A DNA stretch of 11,609 nucleotides from the IMG/VR virus record IMGVR_UViG_2802429218_000006, positions 1 through 11,609 of that record. The stretch is one strand, 5' to 3'. Shown piece after piece: positions 1-7,023 of this stretch. This DNA comes from a virus (taxonomy: Duplodnaviria > Heunggongvirae > Uroviricota > Caudoviricetes). Below the pieces are notes generated by a model. The model worked only from the letters and a program-made list of their open reading frames with translations, was not told where the DNA came from and ran no database searches. Position 1 is the stretch's first letter. The number at the start of each line of letters is the position of its first letter. The position numbers were made by a program, and so were the translations under genes.

Positions 1-12
1 GATCTTCCGCCA
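1..12 (+). tRNA. selC: 3'-terminal fragment of tRNA-Sec gene (selC): acceptor 3' strand, discriminator and CCA; also the attL core. The gene body lies upstream of the window
   Basis: GATCTTCCGCCA matches the 3' end of E. coli selC as I recall it (..GGTTCGACTCCTGTGATCTTCCGCCA). The upstream part of that sequence is duplicated at the window end. Confidence 0.55.
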
Positions 13-123
13 AACAGCATCCAGCCAGTTCCGAGATACTCCATAAAACCCTTTATATTCAATACGATGAATAATCGGTTTGTCCGTAATAGTCCGAGAT
101 AATCTCCCTGAATCCGCGAAAAA

Positions 124-143
124 TATGTATAGTAATGTGTATA
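124..143. promoter_or_regulatory. Candidate integrase arm-type binding sites (tandem TATGTATA / ATGTGTATA) in the int promoter region
   Basis: The same tandem motif pair recurs at 11517-11536 on the other side of the att core. An inverted copy (TTATACAC, 167-174) overlaps the int start codon. Confidence 0.4.
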
Positions 144-174
144 GATTTTTTATACGTAGTTTTCAGTTATACAC

Positions 175-1362
175 ATGGCTCTAACCGATATACAGATCAA
201 ACGTGCAAAACCACAAGACAAACCATACACATTGAACGATGGACAAGGTCTGTCATTGCTTATCAATCCCGATGGCTCGAAAGGCTGGCGTTTCCGTTTC
301 CGGTTTGCAGGGAAAGCGCGGTTAATGTCATTTGGCAGCTACGATTTAGTAAGCCTTGCAGAAGCACGTGAGAAGCGTGACGTCGCCCGTAAGCAGGTTG
401 CGAATGGCATTGATCCTGTAGAGGAACGCAAAGCTTCAAGACTCGCTCAAAAGCTATCAACAGAAAATTCTTTCGAAGCCATATGTCGAGAATGGCATAC
501 CAACAGAGCTGACCGCTGGACAGTGGCCTATCGAGAAGAAATCATTAAGACATTCGAGCAAGATGTGTTCCCGTTCATTGGTAAACGCCCTATCAGTGAA
601 ATCAAACCATTGGAACTGCTTGAGGTATTGCGACGAATAGAGAAGCGTGGCGCATTAGAGAAGACAAGAAAAGTACGTCAAAGATGCGGTGAGGTATTTC
701 GTTATGCAATCGTAACTGGCCGAGCTGATTACAATCCAGCACCTGATTTAGCTATCGCGCTGGCCGTACCCAAGCAAAAACATTATCCGTTCTTATCCGC
801 AGAAGAGTTACCTCATTTTATTCGAGATCTGGAGGCATATACCGGCAGTATCATTACTAAAAATGCTACAAAGATAGTTATGCTAACTGGTGTTCGAACA
901 AAAGAGATGCGCTTTGCTACATGGGATGAGATTGACCTTGAGAAGGGGATATGGGAAATCCCAGCCGAAAGGATGAAAATGCGCAGACCTCACATAGTGC
1001 CGCTTTCTACTCAGGTAATCGACCTTTTCAAGCAACTCAAGCCGATTACTGGTCACTACCCTTATATTTTTATTGGCAGGAACAACCGTAGTAAACCGAT
1101 CTCAAAAGAAAGTGTGTCACAGGTAATTGAGTTACTAGGTTACAAAGGACGTGCTACCGGTCACGGTTTTAGACATACAATGTCGACAATTTTACATGAA
1201 CAGGGATTTGATAGTGCTTGGATTGAAATTCAGTTAGCCCATGTAGATAAAAATAGTATTCGAGGTACTTATAATCATGCTCAATATCTTGATAATCGGA
1301 GAAATATGATGCAGTGGTATGCGCAGCATATATATGGAAAAGTTATACAAGAGTCTAAATAA
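175..1362 (+). CDS. int: P4-family tyrosine integrase
   Basis: 395-aa ORF with an N-terminal arm-binding-like region, then a catalytic core showing box I Arg (LTGVRTKE), HGFRH (His-x-x-Arg) and a C-terminal Tyr (IRGTYNHAQY). Sits immediately next to the selC-derived att core. Confidence 0.9.
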   Translation: MALTDIQIKRAKPQDKPYTLNDGQGLSLLINPDGSKGWRFRFRFAGKARLMSFGSYDLVSLAEAREKRDVARKQVANGIDPVEERKASRLAQKLSTENSFEAICREWHTNRADRWTVAYREEIIKTFEQDVFPFIGKRPISEIKPLELLEVLRRIEKRGALEKTRKVRQRCGEVFRYAIVTGRADYNPAPDLAIALAVPKQKHYPFLSAEELPHFIRDLEAYTGSIITKNATKIVMLTGVRTKEMRFATWDEIDLEKGIWEIPAERMKMRRPHIVPLSTQVIDLFKQLKPITGHYPYIFIGRNNRSKPISKESVSQVIELLGYKGRATGHGFRHTMSTILHEQGFDSAWIEIQLAHVDKNSIRGTYNHAQYLDNRRNMMQWYAQHIYGKVIQESK

Positions 1363-1402
1363 ATTACTCATGAAGAAATATAGTCAATTATTAGGATGAA
1401 AT

Positions 1403-3058
1403 ATGATTAGTGCAAAAAACATTCTTTTCAGCAGTCGACATACTGATGCTGATGTAACTTTACATATCAATAATGTTATAAGATACCCCAAAAAATATAT
1501 GAATAATCATATCTATATATTAGATATAGACATGTATATTCAGACTGAAGACATGAAAAATCAAGCATATATAGATAATGACATTAGAAGCCCCCTGAAA
1601 ATGCTATTTATTGGAGAGGAACTAACAGAGTCAACTTTATTTGACTTATTATCCCAATCAGAAATATCGCTTCATGAAGTTAAGGTTAAATATGAATTTG
1701 ATTATATCTGTCAGATGTCAGAAGATGGATATAGATACATCAACAATAAATTAGAAACAGTCGCTTCATTATCTTTACTTAGAGCTATTAAGGATTTTGG
1801 TGTAAACTACAATATTATAAGAAACAAATCCTTTCTAAAAAAATATTCAGACAAGATATTCTCTACGTTATTACTAGATAACACTTTCAGTTCTTATGCC
1901 TTTGAAAATGGCTATAAATATTTTAATGTCGATGATGGTGCCGTTTACCAATTACAGCCCCCAACAAAATTTATTATTTATGACGAAGAAAAACAGCCGT
2001 ATAAACTTAAGATGGAGAGTCTGTTAAATATTAATATACCTATTCATGCACTAATTGGTAAGAATGGTAGCGGGAAAACCTATTTAATTAATAAAATAAT
2101 CAAACAATCTATTTCAACTGACCTAGAAATAAGATCTTCTGGCGCAGTTTTTAGTCGAATGATAGTTTTATCAAATACAATAAATGATAAGTGCTATAGA
2201 CCGGCAAATATAACCAAAAACAAATTCAAGTTAAATAACTATCATTTTGTATCGTTAACATCAGAAAAATATTATAATAAGCTTTTCCCACGAGGGAAAA
2301 AGCTAACTCTATTTTCTTTATTAGAAAAAATACAGAAACGAGATTCTAATAAGCGAGGTAACTTTGAACAGGGGGATTTGCTTGATAGAGTTACTCAAGA
2401 TATTATTCCCGAGTTTTCTTTTTCCATTAAAACAAATCTTGGGGAGCATATTTACAATAGTTTTTTAGAGTTAACTAGACAATATGGATTAGTTAATTTA
2501 AACTCAAACTTAGACTTAATTACGAGTTCAGAAATCGAATATGCATTACCTGATGAAGATATCCATTTCTATAAAAATAATGAACCCTTTACCTTAAGCT
2601 CAGGGCAATTATCTTTTTTAGTTAGCATGTTTTCTCTAATCTCAACAATAGAGAGTAATAGTCTTATACTTATAGAGGAACCAGAAAATTTTTTACACCC
2701 AAGTTTATTAACACATTTTATAAACTCACTAACACACATTCTAAGAGATACTAATTCTATCGCAATTATGGCCACCCACTCTGCTTTGGTACTTAGAGAA
2801 ATCCCTTCAGCACAAATAACAATCCTACATAGAAGAGACAATATCACCAACTATAAAACACCGAATATTGAAACATTTGGTGCCGATACTCATCAAATAA
2901 TGATAGACGTTTTTGGTGATTTATACTCTAATGCGATATTTAGAGAAGAGCTATCAAACATTGCAAAAAACAAAACAATCGATGAATTATTAGTGCAGTA
3001 TGGTGATTTACCTTCTGATGTATTAAATAAAATCATCATGGAGAAAAATTCAAAGTGA
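1403..3058 (+). CDS. ABC-type (SMC-head-like) ATPase with a ~200-aa N-terminal extension of unknown function; first gene of the candidate defence cassette
   Basis: Walker A GKNGSGKT (aa 219-226, nt 2057-2080); ABC signature LSSGQ (aa 398-402); Walker B LILIEEPENFLHP (aa 421-433, nt 2663-); H-loop ATHS (aa 457-460). Shine-Dalgarno AGGA lies 7 nt upstream of the ATG. Strongly AT-rich codon usage unlike the backbone. Confidence 0.85.
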   Translation: MISAKNILFSSRHTDADVTLHINNVIRYPKKYMNNHIYILDIDMYIQTEDMKNQAYIDNDIRSPLKMLFIGEELTESTLFDLLSQSEISLHEVKVKYEFDYICQMSEDGYRYINNKLETVASLSLLRAIKDFGVNYNIIRNKSFLKKYSDKIFSTLLLDNTFSSYAFENGYKYFNVDDGAVYQLQPPTKFIIYDEEKQPYKLKMESLLNINIPIHALIGKNGSGKTYLINKIIKQSISTDLEIRSSGAVFSRMIVLSNTINDKCYRPANITKNKFKLNNYHFVSLTSEKYYNKLFPRGKKLTLFSLLEKIQKRDSNKRGNFEQGDLLDRVTQDIIPEFSFSIKTNLGEHIYNSFLELTRQYGLVNLNSNLDLITSSEIEYALPDEDIHFYKNNEPFTLSSGQLSFLVSMFSLISTIESNSLILIEEPENFLHPSLLTHFINSLTHILRDTNSIAIMATHSALVLREIPSAQITILHRRDNITNYKTPNIETFGADTHQIMIDVFGDLYSNAIFREELSNIAKNKTIDELLVQYGDLPSDVLNKIIMEKNSK

Positions 3059-3954
3059 GAATTTTATCTAAGCCAGAGGGTATTGATGATCTACTTAATA
3101 ATATAGATCTTAACTCATCTATTGATGCCTTTTTATCGCTCGATGAACCGACTGGAATTGCTGACTTAAGAAATAAAAAAAATGATCTCTTGAACGAAAT
3201 TGAGAATTATCACACTGAGATGATTGAACGAGGTCATTTATCACATAACACGAGAAAAAACTTCTCAAAATATAAATCCATACTTGAGTGGATTTATTAT
3301 CACCCAAGTCAGCGAAGAAAAACAGACTACATAAACTCGATACGAAAACTTTACGCCCAAAGTGGAACTCTATGTCCTTACTGTGGGGTTTCTCCTTGCA
3401 GGACATTAGACCATTACTACAACAAAGCTTTATTACCACAGTTTTCATTTCTTCCTGAAAACCTTATTCCGTGCTGTGGTGATTGTAATAGAGACAAGGG
3501 AGCAAAAAAAGCCTTTAGCAAATGGAGAAGATTTGTCAATCCATTCTATGATGATTTCTCATCGTTAGAAAAAAATGAACCTCTCATATATATAATTTTC
3601 AAAGAAAGACCAAGATCTAGAATTGACATGGAATATGTAATGACAGCCAATCATAATCTAGACTTTTTAATAAGAAAACAAATAAACTATCACATTAGAA
3701 CAGTAAGAATCCCTTTCTATCATCATGAAGCCATAAGCAATTCATTTTGGAGAAACGCGAAAGACCTAATAAAGTTTAAAAAATTAGTCACTGACGGTGA
3801 TATAGATAATACAATTTATGATAAAATCATTGATGGTTTCATAGGCAAAAACAATGCTATGAATTATGACTGGGAATATATTATTAGATATTCATTAGTC
3901 AAACTTCGTATTAATCACTGGATTTATAACAGCAACCTACCAAAATTAATGTAG
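3055..3954 (+). CDS. HNH endonuclease-domain protein; second gene of the candidate defence cassette
   Basis: Zinc-finger HNH core CPYCG..LDHYY..N..CCGDCNRDKG (aa 107-148, nt 3373-3498) flanked by ~100-aa N-terminal and ~150-aa C-terminal regions of unknown function. GTG start at 3055 overlaps the TGA stop of the ATPase (GTGA), indicating translational coupling. Same AT-rich composition as the ATPase gene. Confidence 0.85.
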   Translation: MRILSKPEGIDDLLNNIDLNSSIDAFLSLDEPTGIADLRNKKNDLLNEIENYHTEMIERGHLSHNTRKNFSKYKSILEWIYYHPSQRRKTDYINSIRKLYAQSGTLCPYCGVSPCRTLDHYYNKALLPQFSFLPENLIPCCGDCNRDKGAKKAFSKWRRFVNPFYDDFSSLEKNEPLIYIIFKERPRSRIDMEYVMTANHNLDFLIRKQINYHIRTVRIPFYHHEAISNSFWRNAKDLIKFKKLVTDGDIDNTIYDKIIDGFIGKNNAMNYDWEYIIRYSLVKLRINHWIYNSNLPKLM

Positions 3955-4144
3955 CTCCAAAGAATGCATTAGCCTTGATGGTATATTTCAGTAGCATTGA
4001 GGCTAGTGTAAGGCCTAACTGGCAGGTAGCATCGAACAAAATACAAGCGCATTTATTAATTCTCAATTAGGTTGTTTAAAAATGATTCGAAAATATTTCA
4101 CCTGCTTAGGAGAAAAGAAAAAACATTTATCACTGCCACGCGCA

Positions 4145-4163
4145 GTGCTTTCCCCGCCTCGCC
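4145..4163. other. cos site: 19-nt cohesive end of P2/P4 type
   Basis: Plus strand reads GTGCTTTCCCCGCCTCGCC, the reverse complement of GGCGAGGCGGGGAAAGCAC (the P2/P4 cohesive end as I recall it). Flanked by GC-rich hairpins at 4160-4230. Lies between the cargo and psu, as in P4. Confidence 0.8.
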
Positions 4164-4264
4164 CGCCCGCTTTGCGGGGCAGTTTTAATGCAGTTTCACT
4201 GACACGCTCAGGCCGCGCCGGGAATGGCGCGGTCTGCAGAAAATGAGGCAGGAAAACGCATGCA

Positions 4265-4297
4265 AAGCCATGCACCTTATCGATGCATGGCTTTTTT
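4265..4297 (+). terminator. Rho-independent terminator-like hairpin (10-bp perfect stem plus T6) between cos and psu
   Basis: AAGCCATGCA (4265-4274), 9-nt loop, TGCATGGCTT (4284-4293), then a T-run to 4297. The T-tail is on the plus strand, so it would stop transcripts coming from the cargo or cos side. Confidence 0.55.
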
Positions 4298-4327
4298 CAG
4301 TAAAATCGGACGGATTTTCGGGGAGTT

Positions 4328-4900
4328 TTACACAGACTGACATGATGCCAGTTGCGCACTTTTACGCGAAAAAATCATGTTCTGCGCAGGGGTGAATTTT
4401 TCACGGCTGTCATCCACCGAAGCCGCGTCAGGCCTGAATCCGATGGTCGTTAAAATGTCGCTATCCTGTGCGGAATAATTAATTTTTTCACCCTTTGCAA
4501 GCCAGGACAGAAGGGCTTCACGCAGGGCATCTGTGGCACGCTGTATGGCACAGTTTCGGGCAATGGCCGTCAGCTCACTGTAGCCCATCAGCTCCGGTGC
4601 CAGTGCCGCCGCCAGTGCTGTGCCGTGCTGCTGCATAAAATCATTCAGCCGGTCGCGGATGCTGATGTGCTGAACGGCTTCATGCGAACGAATATAACGA
4701 CCGGCGGCCTGATTCACCTGCCATTTTCTGACTTCGATAATATTGCGTAATTCGTCCAGGCGACTGACGTTTCTGCCTTCCCCGGACAGAAGCCGCAGAT
4801 ATTCCTGTTCGGCCGCAGCCAGCTCATTTTTGCGTTGCAGCCATGCTGCTTTGTTATTCTGACAGGTGTCAAAGGCCTGCTGTAAGGCTGTGCTTTCCAT
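4328..4900 (-). CDS. psu: Polarity suppression protein Psu (capsid decoration / Rho antagonist)
   Basis: 190-aa ORF, the same length as P4 Psu, in the P4 position as last gene of the sid-delta-psu operon next to cos. N-terminus MESTALQQAFDT... matches my recollection of P4 Psu. Confidence 0.85.
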   Translation of the reverse strand: MESTALQQAFDTCQNNKAAWLQRKNELAAAEQEYLRLLSGEGRNVSRLDELRNIIEVRKWQVNQAAGRYIRSHEAVQHISIRDRLNDFMQQHGTALAAALAPELMGYSELTAIARNCAIQRATDALREALLSWLAKGEKINYSAQDSDILTTIGFRPDAASVDDSREKFTPAQNMIFSRKSAQLASCQSV

Positions 4901-4973
4901 CGTTATCTCTTTCTCATCATGCTGAAGAATAAAAATACGGTGTGCGGCGACGGCCGGTGTTAACCGGCAGCCC

Positions 4974-5474
4974 TCATTCCAGACGCAGCGAATATGATTG
5001 TGTTTTTAAGCGTACTGGCGGCAGTTCCTGTTTTTCATGCAGGCTTTCTGCCAGTTCGTCCGGCGTGACCGGGCGGACAATGAAACGGTTGATGGTCTGA
5101 AGCGTTTTAAACACCAGACCACAGCCCGGATCCGTGCACACATAAAAACGCTCGGTGACTTCCTGAGACAGACGCCGCGATGTTCTTGACAGTGCAAGGC
5201 CTTTACATCTCCGACAACAATATCCGGTAACAAGCATTCTTTTCGGGCGTTTCATGCTACCGGAGGCTGACGTCAGTGAATCGCGGTATCTCTGTTTGCC
5301 TGAAATGTATTCCATTCCTGAATCTTTACAGTCAGAGAAAAAGCTTTCACTCGCTTCAAATGTCGCAGAGCAATAAATATTCCGGCACTGTGCAATCATT
5401 ATCTTGGTGCCATCGTCCATGAAATGTGCGCGACGGGTGTGAGCAACATGTCCACACGACGGGCAGTAAATCAT
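4974..5474 (-). CDS. delta: Delta, a tandem Ogr-type zinc-finger late transcription activator
   Basis: 166 aa (the P4 Delta length). The N-terminal half follows the P2 Ogr pattern (CPSCGH.AH.R..DGTK...C.N..CSATF) and a second Cys4 module sits in the C-terminal half (CCRRC...CTDPGCG). Its start overlaps the sid stop (ATGA). Confidence 0.9.
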   Translation of the reverse strand: MIYCPSCGHVAHTRRAHFMDDGTKIMIAQCRNIYCSATFEASESFFSDCKDSGMEYISGKQRYRDSLTSASGSMKRPKRMLVTGYCCRRCKGLALSRTSRRLSQEVTERFYVCTDPGCGLVFKTLQTINRFIVRPVTPDELAESLHEKQELPPVRLKTQSYSLRLE

Positions 5475-6205
5475 GACAGCAGTCCTCTGGCCTTAAGCTC
5501 TGCTCCCTGCTGGTCTATTTTGTCCTGCCACACCTTGCGCTGTGCCGGTGTGCCTGCCACCTCATAATCCATGTGCGGGAGTGTTGCCGCTGACAGTCCG
5601 GTCAGCCGGAGAACCGGCTCGCCGGTGAGGCTGATTTGCATCTGTTTAATTTTCTGTTCCAGCGATGATTTCACCTGCTGCATGACAGCCTTTTCCGGTG
5701 CGACGTAGCCCTGATGGCCGGTGGTGTTGGCGAGCGGATTTTCCTGTACCAGTATGCTCAGATGCATTGCCCGGACAAGCGCCTCACAGGTTTCATTCAG
5801 GGCGTGTTCCAGCTCATTCTCTGCATACAGACTCAGAAGGTGATGATGTGCCTTCCGGTAGGCGGTGGCCGTGCTGTCACACGCCCCTTTCAGGCGTTCA
5901 CGTTCAAAATTCAGCACCACGGCCAGATTGTCATATTCCTGTACCAGCTCCCGGCGTGCCACGCGCTCAATGTGGCGCTGTTTCAGCTCGTCGCTCAGGA
6001 CACCACCGGCTGCACGAAAGGCCGTGCGCCAGTCGTCAGCGTCGTTTCCGTCGGCCTGCGCCAGCGCATTTTTTTCCTGCTCTGCCCGTTCAATGGCCGT
6101 GACGGTCTCATCCATCAGGCGGGCGTTCTCAAGATGGGCGGCTCTGGCCTTTTCCAGTTGTGCCAGCGCGGGTTGCAGATATTCAGGGATGGTGTTGTCA
6201 GACAT
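5471..6205 (-). CDS. sid: Sid external scaffold / capsid size-determination protein
   Basis: The ATG at 6205 with a GAGGAG Shine-Dalgarno gives 244 aa, the P4 Sid length. The ORF track extends to a GTG at 6223 (250 aa), which I consider less likely. First gene of the late operon. Confidence 0.8.
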   Translation of the reverse strand: MSDNTIPEYLQPALAQLEKARAAHLENARLMDETVTAIERAEQEKNALAQADGNDADDWRTAFRAAGGVLSDELKQRHIERVARRELVQEYDNLAVVLNFERERLKGACDSTATAYRKAHHHLLSLYAENELEHALNETCEALVRAMHLSILVQENPLANTTGHQGYVAPEKAVMQQVKSSLEQKIKQMQISLTGEPVLRLTGLSAATLPHMDYEVAGTPAQRKVWQDKIDQQGAELKARGLLS

Positions 6206-6239
6206 TTTCCGGCTCCTCGTCACTTCAGGTTAAGAAAAT

Positions 6240-6295
6240 TGTGACGTACACCGGACAACAACACGACGCATTGCAGATGTGCCAGCCCTGACACA
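6240..6295. promoter_or_regulatory. Late-promoter region with two TGT-N12-ACA dyads: candidate Delta/Ogr binding sites for the divergent Psid and PLL promoters
   Basis: TGT(6240-6242)-N12-ACA(6255-6257) and TGT(6278-6280)-N12-ACA(6293-6295). The second is centred about 55 bp upstream of a plausible sid transcription start near 6230. The motif is short, so chance occurrence is possible. Confidence 0.4.
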
Positions 6296-6374
6296 GGAGA
6301 CTCATCCTCAGACCGGCAAGCCAGGAAAAGGTCGCAGGAAAAACCGGCTTACTGTTTGTTTTTTTATGTTTTAC

Positions 6375-6478
6375 TGTTCACCTCTGTTCACCATAAGAAA
6401 AAAGATAAGTAATACAGTAAGTTAAAGGGTGAGCAATCGCAGTAATGACTGTTCACCGTCTGTTCACCACTGTTCACC
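6375..6478. repeat. ori-like iteron cluster: five copies of the TGTTCACC octamer (type I iterons, alpha-binding), followed by an AT-rich stretch (6479-6570)
   Basis: TGTTCACC at 6375-6382, 6385-6392, 6450-6457, 6461-6468 and 6471-6478. The same octamer is reiterated in crr downstream of alpha, about 4.8 kb away. Confidence 0.75.
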
Positions 6479-6756
6479 CGTTCATGGACTTTTTGTGCTG
6501 TGTATTACTTTTTATTTTTATTAATTAACTGAAATAAATAAGAAAAAACAATTTGTATTTCACTATAATTTTTTCCAGCTCCTTCCAGAGCGTTTTAAAG
6601 CTATCTGGCGCTGATGTGCAAAAAACACACAGCAATTGTAAGGCTGCCGGAACAAATCCCCCCTGTTGCGTCTGCTGAAAATATTCACAAAATAAAGCGC
6701 TACCCGAAGCCGGACGGACTTATCCGGTGCTGTATGGACATTAACGAGGTAGCCCG

Positions 6757-7023
6757 ATGCAAGCTGTTTTTTCTTCCCCGTCTCCTGCCCCTGTGACGCC
6801 ACTGATGCCGCTGCCGGACATCACGCAGGAGCGTTTTTTACGTCTGCCGGAAGTGATGCACCTGTGCGGCCTGTCACGCTCGACCATCTACGAACTCATC
6901 CGTAAGGGGGAATTTCCGCCGCAGGTGAGTCTTGGCGGTAAAAATGTGGCCTGGCTGCACTCTGAAGTCACCGCATGGATGGCCGGGCGCATTGCCGGAC
7001 GCAAACGGGGGTACGACGCATGA
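6757..7023 (+). CDS. vis: Vis / AlpA-family helix-turn-helix regulator (excision and late-gene control)
   Basis: 88 aa (the size of P4 orf88/vis) with an AlpA-like HTH segment ([28 protein letters not shown]). GAGG Shine-Dalgarno 8 nt upstream. First gene of the plus-strand left operon. Confidence 0.75.
   Translation: MQAVFSSPSPAPVTPLMPLPDITQERFLRLPEVMHLCGLSRSTIYELIRKGEFPPQVSLGGKNVAWLHSEVTAWMAGRIAGRKRGYDA

Noticed and set aside
135-460. ORFs 135-371 (+) and 263-460 (-) overlapping the 5' end of int
   Set aside because: Out-of-frame or antisense overlaps of the integrase gene, with no domain signatures.
2569-3448. Minus-strand ORFs 2569-2850 and 3119-3448 inside the ATPase and HNH genes
   Set aside because: Antisense to two ORFs with clear catalytic motifs. 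No start signals.
4063-4275. Minus-strand 70-aa ORF spanning the cos site
   Set aside because: Covers the cohesive-end sequence and its GC-rich hairpins. The region is better explained as the packaging site than as coding.
5006-5233. Minus-strand 75-aa ORF inside delta in another frame
   Set aside because: Fully embedded in the delta ORF, which has clear Ogr-type zinc-finger motifs. No independent start signals.
5471-6223. 250-aa version of sid starting at GTG 6223
   Set aside because: The internal ATG at 6205 has a strong GAGGAG Shine-Dalgarno and yields 244 aa, matching P4 Sid. The GTG extension lacks a ribosome-binding site.
5698-6244. Plus-strand ORFs 5698-6102, 5714-6244 and 5865-6233 overlapping sid
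   Set aside because: Antisense to sid, which is supported by size, synteny and a Shine-Dalgarno. Typical stop-codon-poor antisense frames of GC-rich coding sequence.
6563-6802. ORFs 6563-6802 (-) and 6614-6796 (+) between the iterons and vis
   Set aside because: They lie in the AT-rich leader and overlap the vis ribosome-binding site and start. No Shine-Dalgarno or recognisable motifs. Treated as non-coding.
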